Shown piece by piece: positions 16,712 through 24,406 of a stretch of 32,000 bases of DNA. Position numbers and translations under genes: made by a program. How positions within the stretch are numbered: position 1 is the stretch's first letter; every line of letters begins with the position of its first letter. The notes below the pieces were generated by a model. It searched no databases. It saw only the letters and a list, made by a program, of their open reading frames with translations, and was not told the origin of the DNA. This DNA is from Erysipelotrichaceae bacterium (GTDB lineage Bacteria > Bacillota_I > Bacilli_A > Erysipelotrichales > Erysipelotrichaceae), in assembly GCA_963676105.1 (NCBI GenBank), contig OY781039.1:1050001-1082000 (forward strand). Direction: 5' to 3'.

Positions 16712-17170
16712 CTATGATGTTTTTAATGGTTCTATCTCTACGCCTTTAATGTATAACATATAACCTTCTAATTTCATTCTTAAATTAATCGCATAGTCTT
16801 CATTCACCACTAAACGAATCTTTGATTTATTCTGAAAATTTGATACCGATAAATCTTTATATTCATCTTGATACTTAATAAAACGGATAAACTGACCAAA
16901 ATCAAAACAGTCGCTGGTTTCATAACCATCATAATCACGTAATAACTTTTTTTCGTTTTCTATTCCAGTAATTAAACTTTGTGCTAATAAACTATCTACC
17001 GTAATTCCAAATAATTTTGCTAAATAACAGATATTTTGAATATCTGGCATCCCTAAACCTGTTTCCCATTTGGTAATCGCTTGACGCGATACACCAATTC
17101 GATCAGCTAATTGTTCTTGAGAAAGATGATGTGTCTTCCTCAAATCTTTTATCGTACTCGCTATATTCAT
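16712..17170 (-). CDS. XRE-family (Cro/C1-type HTH) transcriptional regulator with an uncharacterised C-terminal domain
   Basis: 152-aa ORF with the HTH_3 region LRKTHHLSQEQLADRIGVSRQAITKWETGLGMPDIQNICYLAKLFGITVDSLL. SD AGGGAGG lies upstream. The stop is only 25 nt upstream of the anSME start. Confidence 0.8.
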   Translation of the reverse strand: MNIASTIKDLRKTHHLSQEQLADRIGVSRQAITKWETGLGMPDIQNICYLAKLFGITVDSLLAQSLITGIENEKKLLRDYDGYETSDCFDFGQFIRFIKYQDEYKDLSVSNFQNKSKIRLVVNEDYAINLRMKLEGYMLYIKGVEIEPLKTS

Positions 17171-17275
17171 ATAAACTGCCTCCCTAACTAAATAAAAATA
17201 AGTAAGTTTCCCTACCTTTACCTTACTGGTTTTAACTCAATATCCTCAAGCAACGGATGGTTGCTGACTTAATAT

Positions 17276-17304
17276 ATATTAATTATGTATATTTAGTATA
17301 TCAA
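17276..17304 (-). promoter_or_regulatory. Candidate promoter of the XRE-anSME unit
   Basis: On the minus strand: -35 TTGATA (17304-17299), a 17-nt spacer, and -10 TAATAT (17281-17276). This leaves a leader of about 95 nt. Confidence 0.4.
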
Positions 17305-17351
17305 AGGGTTTACGTATTAGAATTGCATTATAATGGGATATTATGTGAAAT

Positions 17352-17382
17352 AAAAAAAGACAACTGTTTGTTCAGTCGTCTT
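17352..17382 (-). terminator. Intrinsic terminator about 95 nt downstream of the DUF1508 gene
   Basis: The minus strand reads AAGACGACTG-AACAAA-CAGTTGTCTT (one mismatch) followed by TTTTTTT. Confidence 0.6.
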
Positions 17383-17476
17383 ATATGTAGAAATACAATC
17401 GTTAGTTAGTGTTTTAAAGGATGATTCTAATTTTCTAGCGGGGGGAATGCTGGATGTCCGACGATTGTATGAGCTA
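17383..17476 (-). ncRNA. Candidate structured 3-prime UTR / 3-prime-derived small RNA downstream of the DUF1508 gene
   Basis: A 10-bp inverted repeat ATACAATCGT / ACGATTGTAT (17393-17402 and 17461-17470) encloses 58 nt. On the minus strand these contain AUUCCCCCCGCU. An intrinsic terminator follows at 17352-17382. Confidence 0.25.
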
Positions 17477-17854
17477 CTACTCTTGTACTACTGCTTCTTT
17501 CACGTTCTCACAGATGTTTTTAATATCCAATAAACAATCTGATTTAGATGAATATGCGTCACTAGCGCCAATGATTTGTCCATTAACAGCTTTGATTCTA
17601 AATCTAAAATGATTATTTGAATCTTTATAAACTTCAAACTTAGGATTAGATACTTTTTCAAACTGATCAATACTTTGATCTTCTAAATGACAAAGTTCTA
17701 CACTTCGCTTAATACTATCAATACCATTCAAACAAGATGTTTTAAGAGTATAAACTTCTGAGTGTAAAATTGAGTCATGTTCATTATTCATGAAATCAAA
17801 TTTATACCCTGTGTTTGTTGCCTTAACTTTAAAGAAATACATAATATTATTCAC
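17477..17854 (-). CDS. YegP-like protein with tandem DUF1508 domains
   Basis: 125-aa ORF containing two repeats of the DUF1508 pattern: FKVKATNTGYKFDFMNNEHDSILHSEVYTLKTSCLNGIDSIKR and FEVYKDSNNHFRFRIKAVNGQIIGASDAYSSKSDCLLDIKNI. SD AAGGAG lies upstream. Confidence 0.75.
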   Translation of the reverse strand: MNNIMYFFKVKATNTGYKFDFMNNEHDSILHSEVYTLKTSCLNGIDSIKRSVELCHLEDQSIDQFEKVSNPKFEVYKDSNNHFRFRIKAVNGQIIGASDAYSSKSDCLLDIKNICENVKEAVVQE

Positions 17855-17881
17855 TCCTTATATACTTTTAGATTAAACGTT

Positions 17882-17907
17882 AAAAAAAGCGTTCTCAAGA
17901 AACGCTT
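17882..17907 (-). terminator. Intrinsic terminator of the envelope-glycosylation operon
   Basis: The minus strand reads AAGCGTT-TCTTGAG-AACGCTT followed by TTTTTTT. Confidence 0.7.
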
Positions 17908-17921
17908 AGTTGCAGGTTAGC

Positions 17922-18305
17922 TTAAACAGTTTTTTTCATGTTCACTAAAGCGAGAACAAGTAGACTCAATGACAAACCAAAGTATACATAGATATAAATT
18001 GAACTTGTCCCATAGATTTCTAAGATACCTTGTAAACAAAAACCAAGCATTAGTGTGATTATGGCTGAATTATATAAATTAAAACTTAACCTGTTAATGA
18101 CTATTTCAAATCGATCAATAAGGGTATAAATTACTAAACCAAAGACAGAAGGTATTAGGAATAAACCAATCATATAGATTGAATAAACTCCATGTGAGAA
18201 AGCCTCATAAACTACACTGAATAAGATTGTGAAAATAGATAGAACAAAATAAACTTTAATCGTTTTCTGTATCTGTTGATTAGTAAGCAATGTATACAAT
18301 ATCAC
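17922..18305 (-). CDS. Small integral membrane protein (about 4 TM), unknown function
   Basis: 127-aa hydrophobic ORF. The GTG start is preceded by AAAGGAG at 5-6 nt. It overlaps the upstream gene end by 26 nt, and a terminator follows. Confidence 0.55.
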   Translation of the reverse strand: MILYTLLTNQQIQKTIKVYFVLSIFTILFSVVYEAFSHGVYSIYMIGLFLIPSVFGLVIYTLIDRFEIVINRLSFNLYNSAIITLMLGFCLQGILEIYGTSSIYIYVYFGLSLSLLVLALVNMKKTV

Positions 18306-19191
18306 TCACACTCCTTTCACTGATTGTATTTCCATTAGTAGTTGGATGATTAATGAGTTCTCCATTAAAGACCATTGTTGATGAACCACCACCATCTAAG
18401 TTATACGCTGTTTCTACTCCTAAACTTTCCATAAACGTCGCTAGTTCTAAAAGTGTTAATCCTTCACTTTCATCTGTACGTCCATCAGAAACCACAAAGA
18501 CATAATGATTATCATCAATAAAACCAATAGCTGTTCGTGGATTAGATGCCATGGCTTTACCGACCTCATCATTACTATCCACCGCAATTTCACCATCAAT
18601 AATTAAGCCTGGTCCAAAAGATAAGACTTGAATTGCACCATTATCCAAAAGTTCTTGTGCACTGATTTCACCTTCCATAATAATCTCAAAGGATCCATCA
18701 TCATAAATCACTAAATCTTCTTGAGTTGATGACGATACGGTATCTCGATATAAAACACCATTGCGTATCACATAACCACTGCTTTGTGCACCATAGAAAT
18801 CACCATTAATCGCAAGTATCGCACTCACACTTTCAGCAATCTCACTGGTTTCTGCTTTTACATTTTTACCATAGCTATCATTCGCAAAAGCTGTCTTTAA
18901 TAGTGAATCATCACTTAATAAAACATCTGCGACATAGATGGTTGTATCATTCTCACGATATTCAGTGATACTAATACTGATATTTTCGTCAAGGTATGAC
19001 TTTTCACTAACGACAATGGATTCTGAACTCACTTCAACAACATTGACAGTTGTTTCATTTGAACTGTTATCAACAACCGTATAAGTACGAGCAATCACAA
19101 AAGTATCGAGTAATACATAAGTTGTAAAAACTGTGATGATTAATCCAAAAAGGATAGCGTATCTATAAGGTTTTACGATCCATGCTTTCAT
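18280..19191 (-). CDS. Membrane-anchored phosphodiester glycosidase family protein (NAGPA / DUF2233-like)
   Basis: 303-aa ORF with an N-terminal TM anchor. The strings AINGDFYG, GYVIRNGVLY, PRTAIGFIDDNHYVFVVSDGR and AYNLDGGGSSTM match the NAGPA-domain family. Confidence 0.7.
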   Translation of the reverse strand: MKAWIVKPYRYAILFGLIITVFTTYVLLDTFVIARTYTVVDNSSNETTVNVVEVSSESIVVSEKSYLDENISISITEYRENDTTIYVADVLLSDDSLLKTAFANDSYGKNVKAETSEIAESVSAILAINGDFYGAQSSGYVIRNGVLYRDTVSSSTQEDLVIYDDGSFEIIMEGEISAQELLDNGAIQVLSFGPGLIIDGEIAVDSNDEVGKAMASNPRTAIGFIDDNHYVFVVSDGRTDESEGLTLLELATFMESLGVETAYNLDGGGSSTMVFNGELINHPTTNGNTISERSVSDIVYIAY

Positions 19192-20234
19192 ACACTTAAG
19201 CCCTTTTGATGATTGAATATAAATAATTTTTGGCTTAAAAAACTTAATGTAAAGAAACTAAACTCTGTGATAAGTTTGGCGATATATTTATTAAGCCCTA
19301 AATCATAGACTAAGGCTGATAAAAAGAATGTATTACCAATCATAATAAAACTTGCCAGGAGTATATATTTGAATGCAGGTTTAAAAATTGAATCCTTATG
19401 TTTAAACACATAGTAACGATTCATCGTAAAGTTATAGGACGCACTCATTATTCTTGCGATCATGTTGGAAACAGGAATGCTAAGCACACCTAAACCAGAA
19501 CTTAAAATAAGCAACAAACTATAAAGTCCCATATCTAAAAGAAAAGAACTTAGTGAGGTAAAGATAAATTTGAATATCTCTTTATAGATTCTTAAGGAAT
19601 CTTTTAGCGTATCGAAATGTGATCCTTCATTATCGTTTTCATAGATTGTTTCAATTTCAATTTCGATGATATCTTGTTTTTCTCGTGCTGACTTTAATAA
19701 AACATTCATTTCATATTCATAGCGAGATCCTTCCACATCTAACATAAATTCTATTTTATTCGCTTTAAAAGCACGTAAACCTGTTTGTGTATCAGAAACT
19801 GAAAGACCTGTGCTTAATTTAAAAATAAACTTTGTTGTAATATTCCCAAAACGTGAACGTAGAGGCACAGCTTGATCAAAATGACGAACACCTAGTATTA
19901 AACCATTTGGGTACTTATCTAAATGTGCACAAACCCTAAGTGTATCTTTTATACTATGTTGACCATCTGCATCTAAAGTCACAATTGAACTATTCTCTGG
20001 GAAATATTTTCGGATATAGGATAAGCCTGTTTTTAGTGCTTCTCCTTTTCCTTTATTGATTTCATGATTTAAAACAATTGCCATCTCTTTGACTTGATTA
20101 AATATTTCAGTATATCTTTCATCACTACCATCATTTACGATGACAACAACAAAATGTTGTTTAAACAATTCTTTAACAAGTTTGATTAATGTTTGATTAG
20201 GTTCAAATGAGGGAATTAAGGCTATTTTTCTCAT
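19188..20234 (-). CDS. Glycosyltransferase family 2 (polyprenol-phosphate sugar synthase-like) fused to a C-terminal GtrA-like membrane domain
   Basis: GT2 motifs VVIVNDGSD and LDADGQH are present. The C-terminal ~130 aa are polytopic and GtrA-like. I prefer ATG 20234 (MRKIALIPSFEP), preceded by GGAGG, over the track start at 20255. The gene overlaps the downstream gene by 4 nt. Confidence 0.8.
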   Translation of the reverse strand: MRKIALIPSFEPNQTLIKLVKELFKQHFVVVIVNDGSDERYTEIFNQVKEMAIVLNHEINKGKGEALKTGLSYIRKYFPENSSIVTLDADGQHSIKDTLRVCAHLDKYPNGLILGVRHFDQAVPLRSRFGNITTKFIFKLSTGLSVSDTQTGLRAFKANKIEFMLDVEGSRYEYEMNVLLKSAREKQDIIEIEIETIYENDNEGSHFDTLKDSLRIYKEIFKFIFTSLSSFLLDMGLYSLLLILSSGLGVLSIPVSNMIARIMSASYNFTMNRYYVFKHKDSIFKPAFKYILLASFIMIGNTFFLSALVYDLGLNKYIAKLITEFSFFTLSFLSQKLFIFNHQKGLSV

Positions 20235-20259
20235 ATCTTTGCCTCCTACAAGCAAAGTA

Positions 20260-20296
20260 TAAAAAAAGAATGTGGCTTAATCGTGGCCTCATTCTT
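20260..20296 (-). terminator. Intrinsic terminator after the MFS gene
   Basis: The minus strand reads AAGAATGAGGC-CACGATTAA-GCCACATTCTT (one mismatch) followed by TTTTTTT. Confidence 0.6.
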
Positions 20297-20314
20297 AAGT
20301 AATTATGAACGATT

Positions 20315-21553
20315 TTATTGCTTATGTAGCTTCAGTAATACAAAGAGAATGCTTAGACTTGTTAGTTGAACTATCAACAAGGATAGAAATCCATAGGCAT
20401 AGGATTGAGTCATATCATAAATTAGCCCCATAATAACGACTCCACTTGCACTCCCAATCGATATAAGTGCAGTCAGTGATGCATAAACAATATTAGATTC
20501 TTCTTTTGGATAAAAATGTTTAGTGACTAATGGAATTCCCACCGCTACCGCTGAATAGATAGAACCCATAAAAAAAGCCATCATCATCAATAAAAACTCA
20601 GAGTTTTGTATAGGTAAGAAGTTAAAACTGATTTGAGAGATAAAATAAGTTAAGGCAATCACTAAAGTAGCTTTAATAATCCCAATATAATCACTCAGCG
20701 TTCCTAAAATAAATTTAAAAGATAAGTTACCCACCATGGCTGCAGACACCATTAAAGCTCCGATAGAACTTGTTTGTCCAATACTTAAACTATAGGCAGG
20801 AAAATGTTGAATCATTGAAGTTAAAGATGAACTGAACATCGTATAAATGGCTAATAGAATAAAGAATAAATTAATTTTGAGTTTAAGTGATTCACTTTTT
20901 TGATTTTGCTGATCAATTACTTTTTCATGAGCACCATAAGCTAGTAAGCCTCTATCTTCAGGATGTGGTTTAAGCCAAAATGTTCCCACAAACGTTAATA
21001 TAAACATTAGAATACCCGTGAAACCCATCGCATAACGCCAATTTAAGGAAGTGATAATACTATTGACAATAGGATTAAAAATAACTCCGGTAATCCCAGT
21101 AAAACTCATAACTAGCCCAGTCACAAAACCATGTTTCTCTTCAAACCAATTACTAATAAGATAAACAATAGGTGCTAAAGAAAAACTACTTGTTGCGATT
21201 CCTCTAATGATTGATAAAGCATAGATAATCCATAAATTTGAAGTAAAAGCCATTAATACAGTCGATAATGCAGAAATCATAATCCCAAATCGCATGAGTT
21301 TAATAAAGTCACGTTTAACCATAAACCGAATCATAATTGGACTAGAGAAACCAGTAGCTAAAGAGGATAAAGTAAGTGTCATCGACAAAGAGGCAATGCC
21401 AGTACCCAATTCTTGACTCATTGGCAAAAAGAAAACACCAGATACATTTTGGATAATTCCAATTGAACTGGCAGCCATCGTAATAAGCGCAATCAGTGTT
21501 AACTTGTAATAAATTGAACCTTTAAACATTGTAAAAAGTGTACCATGAAACAC
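20315..21553 (-). CDS. MFS transporter (12-TM type), substrate unknown
   Basis: 412-aa highly hydrophobic ORF with MFS-like organisation. The start is uncertain (GTG at 21553 or a downstream ATG). Confidence 0.75.
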   Translation of the reverse strand: MFHGTLFTMFKGSIYYKLTLIALITMAASSIGIIQNVSGVFFLPMSQELGTGIASLSMTLTLSSLATGFSSPIMIRFMVKRDFIKLMRFGIMISALSTVLMAFTSNLWIIYALSIIRGIATSSFSLAPIVYLISNWFEEKHGFVTGLVMSFTGITGVIFNPIVNSIITSLNWRYAMGFTGILMFILTFVGTFWLKPHPEDRGLLAYGAHEKVIDQQNQKSESLKLKINLFFILLAIYTMFSSSLTSMIQHFPAYSLSIGQTSSIGALMVSAAMVGNLSFKFILGTLSDYIGIIKATLVIALTYFISQISFNFLPIQNSEFLLMMMAFFMGSIYSAVAVGIPLVTKHFYPKEESNIVYASLTALISIGSASGVVIMGLIYDMTQSYAYGFLSLLIVQLTSLSILFVLLKLHKQ

Positions 21554-21571
21554 TTGGAACTTATTCCTTTT

Positions 21572-21664
21572 TTAGATGATATTTTTGGTAGATTCTTTCA
21601 CTGTCCAATATATACCACTTACTAATGTTAAAGCTGCCAATAATGTAAAAAGAAAAGAAATCAT
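21572..21664 (-). CDS. Candidate small hydrophobic peptide (30 aa) upstream of the MFS gene
   Basis: My translation is ATG 21664-21662 to TAA 21574-21572, giving MISFLFTLLAALTLVSGIYWTVKESTKNII. SD GAGGGTGG lies 7-8 nt upstream. The peptide has one predicted TM helix and ends 18 nt before the MFS start. It is too short to appear in the ORF track. Confidence 0.35.
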   Translation of the reverse strand: MISFLFTLLAALTLVSGIYWTVKESTKNII

Positions 21665-21746
21665 ATGATATCCACCCTCTTAACAATATCTATATGCTTT
21701 AACTTATCTTTTTCCTAAATAAAATGGTAGAAACGCTTAGTTGCAC

Positions 21747-21770
21747 AAAAAAGCAAACCCTTAGGTTTAC
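21747..21770 (-). terminator. Intrinsic terminator of the malic enzyme-fumC unit
   Basis: The minus strand reads GTAAACC-TAAG-GGTTTGC followed by TTTTTT. It overlaps the fumC stop codon. Confidence 0.6.
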
Positions 21771-23146
21771 TTTTTAGGATAAATCATATTTTCTGCTTTG
21801 ACCCATAGGTCGAAGTTTTCAGAGCTTACAAGTTCTAATTCTAATGCGGCTTGCTTTAAAGTCATATTGTTTTGGTAGGCATGCTTCGCAATTTTAGCTG
21901 CATTTTCATAACCAATATGTGGATTAAGAGCCGTCACCAACATCAAGGACTGATCAAGATTCGATTTAATTTTATCTAAGTTTGGTTTAATCCCTACTGC
22001 GCAATTTTTGTTGAAACTTTTAATACTATCACTTAACAAATGAATCGATTGTAGCATATTATAAGCCATAACCGGCATATACACATTAAGCTCAAAATTA
22101 CCTTGAGATGCACAAACACCAATCGTTGTATCATTCCCCATGACTTGTGCACAAACCATACTTAGCGCTTCTGCTTGAGTTGGATTAACTTTACCTGGCA
22201 TGATGGATGATCCTGGTTCATTTTCAGGAATTGATATTTCCCCTAAACCAGAGCGTGGACCACTCGCTAACCATCTAACATCATTCGCTATCTTCAAACA
22301 GTTCGCCGCTAGTGCTTTTAAGGATCCATGAACTAAAACAAATGCATCTTTACTTGATAAGGCATGGAATTTATTCTTCGAAGAAACAAAATTCAGTTCA
22401 GTTTTTTCTTTTAAGATTTCAGCAACTTGCTCACCAAAATCAGCAGTTGTATTTAAACCCGTTCCAACAGCCGTTCCACCTATCGCTAGTTGATAAAGAT
22501 ATGGAAGGTTGTTTTCTATCATAGAAATGTTTTGTTGAACCATATGAGCCCAAGCACTAATCTCTTGACCTAAACTTAAAGGCGTTGCATCCTGAAGATG
22601 AGTTCGTCCAATTTTTACAATCTCATTATATTGAATCGATAACTCATATAAAGTTTCATAGAACAGTTCTAAACTTGGAATCAAATCATAAACTAGAGCC
22701 AACGATGCTGAAACATGCATTGCGGTTGGAAAAGTATCATTTGAACTTTGCCCTTTATTGACATCATCATTAGGATGAACTAAATCTTTACCTACTTTTT
22801 CATTCGCTAAGAAAGAAATGACTTCATTCACATTCATATTGGACTGCGTCCCAGATCCGGTTTGCCATACAGCTAAAGGAAACTCTTCATCATATTTCCC
22901 AGATAATAATTCATCGCAGGCAAAATCAATAGCCTCTGCTTTTTCTTGATTTAATAAACCTTTTTTAAAATTAACTTGTGCTGCAGCACGTTTGACTTGA
23001 ACTAAAGCATAAATCAAATCTAAAGGCATCTTTTCAGTACCTATCTTAAAATTCTCTAAACTACGTTGGGTTTGAGCTTTCCATTTTTTATCTGATGAAA
23101 CCTGAATTTCCCCCATGCTGTCTTTTTCAATTCTAAAATTCGACAT
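21767..23146 (-). CDS. fumC: Class II fumarate hydratase
   Basis: 459-aa ORF with the class II fumarase/aspartase signature GSSIMPGKVNPTQ and a typical FumC N-terminus, FRIEKDSMGEIQV. Confidence 0.92.
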   Translation of the reverse strand: MSNFRIEKDSMGEIQVSSDKKWKAQTQRSLENFKIGTEKMPLDLIYALVQVKRAAAQVNFKKGLLNQEKAEAIDFACDELLSGKYDEEFPLAVWQTGSGTQSNMNVNEVISFLANEKVGKDLVHPNDDVNKGQSSNDTFPTAMHVSASLALVYDLIPSLELFYETLYELSIQYNEIVKIGRTHLQDATPLSLGQEISAWAHMVQQNISMIENNLPYLYQLAIGGTAVGTGLNTTADFGEQVAEILKEKTELNFVSSKNKFHALSSKDAFVLVHGSLKALAANCLKIANDVRWLASGPRSGLGEISIPENEPGSSIMPGKVNPTQAEALSMVCAQVMGNDTTIGVCASQGNFELNVYMPVMAYNMLQSIHLLSDSIKSFNKNCAVGIKPNLDKIKSNLDQSLMLVTALNPHIGYENAAKIAKHAYQNNMTLKQAALELELVSSENFDLWVKAENMIYPKK

Positions 23147-24291
23147 TAGTTATTCTCAACCCATGCTTTCTCAACTGCCTCAGCAACTTTATTGGAAACC
23201 TCAGGATGAAAAATACTTGGTATAACATATTCCGTTGTGAGTTCTTCTTCTGACACTACATCTGCAATTGCGTAAACAGCTGCGAGTTTCATAGCTTCGG
23301 TGATATGTTTTGCACGTGCTCTTAAAGCCCCTTTAAAAATACCTGGAAAAGCTAAAACATTATTTATTTGATTATTAAAGTCTGATCGACCAGTACCCAC
23401 CACATAAGCACCTGCTTCAAGAGCTAAATGAGGAAGTATTTCAGGATCAGGATTAGCCATCGCAAAGATAATTGACTGATCCGCCATAGTTTTAACCATT
23501 TCTTGTTTTAATGTATCAGCTGCACTAACGCCTATAAAGACATCGGCATCAACAACCGCATCAGCCAATGTACCTGATATTTGATTATTATTCGTATATT
23601 GTGATACTTCGTAGCGTGTATGTTCTTTAGTGATAATCCCTTTAGAATTACATACTATAATATCTTTTGCCCCTAAAGAAATAAGCATATTACAGATTGC
23701 AGTACCCGCAGCTCCTGCCCCATTTATCACAATTTTTATATCTTCCATTTTTTTATTGACGAGTTTTAATGCATTAATAGTTCCCGCACAAACCACAATG
23801 GCTGTACCATGTTGATCATCGTGAAAGACAGGGATATCCAAAACTTCATTAAGTTTGCGTTCAACTTCAAAACATCTTGGTGCTGAAATATCTTCTAAAT
23901 TTATTCCCCCAAAAGTTGGACTAATATTCTTAACGATATTAACGATTTCATCGACATCTTGTGTTTCAACACAAATAGGAATCGCATCAACATCACCAAA
24001 TTCTTTAAAAAGGATTGCTTTTCCTTCCATAACTGGAATTGCTGCTTTTGCGCCAATATTGCCTAAACCTAATACAGCTGAACCATCCGATACAACCGCA
24101 ATGGTTTTTGATTTAGCCGTATAGTCAAAAACAGTTTCTGGATTTTTATTGATTTCTAAACAAGGAGCCGCTACACCTGGTGTATAAGCAATGCTTAAAT
24201 CATCTTTTGTTTTAACTGATACTTTTGATTTTATTTCATATTTCCCCACATGTTTTTTATGTAGTGCTAATGCGTCTTCGTTATATCCCAT
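23146..24291 (-). CDS. NAD(P)-dependent malic enzyme (short bacterial form)
   Basis: 381-aa ORF with AYTPGVA, VVSDGSAVLGLGNIG, FGGINLEDI and the Rossmann motif INGAGAAG. Its stop overlaps the fumC start (TAATG at 23144-23148). Confidence 0.88.
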   Translation of the reverse strand: MGYNEDALALHKKHVGKYEIKSKVSVKTKDDLSIAYTPGVAAPCLEINKNPETVFDYTAKSKTIAVVSDGSAVLGLGNIGAKAAIPVMEGKAILFKEFGDVDAIPICVETQDVDEIVNIVKNISPTFGGINLEDISAPRCFEVERKLNEVLDIPVFHDDQHGTAIVVCAGTINALKLVNKKMEDIKIVINGAGAAGTAICNMLISLGAKDIIVCNSKGIITKEHTRYEVSQYTNNNQISGTLADAVVDADVFIGVSAADTLKQEMVKTMADQSIIFAMANPDPEILPHLALEAGAYVVGTGRSDFNNQINNVLAFPGIFKGALRARAKHITEAMKLAAVYAIADVVSEEELTTEYVIPSIFHPEVSNKVAEAVEKAWVENN

Positions 24292-24406
24292 CTCTTATAC
24301 CTCTTTTTCCCTATTAGTTTAACTTATATAGACTCTTATTCCCATATCAAATTAATTTTTTATCAAGTTCATAAAGGTTTATAATAGTTAAAAATTGGAG
24401 TGTGTT

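Noticed and set aside
20235-20255. The longer N-terminus of the GT2-GtrA gene (track start 20255), and similarly the TTG start at 24395 for the GNAT gene.
   Set aside because: In both cases an internal ATG is preceded by a well-spaced GGAGG or GGAG, and the extra residues are not part of the conserved domain.
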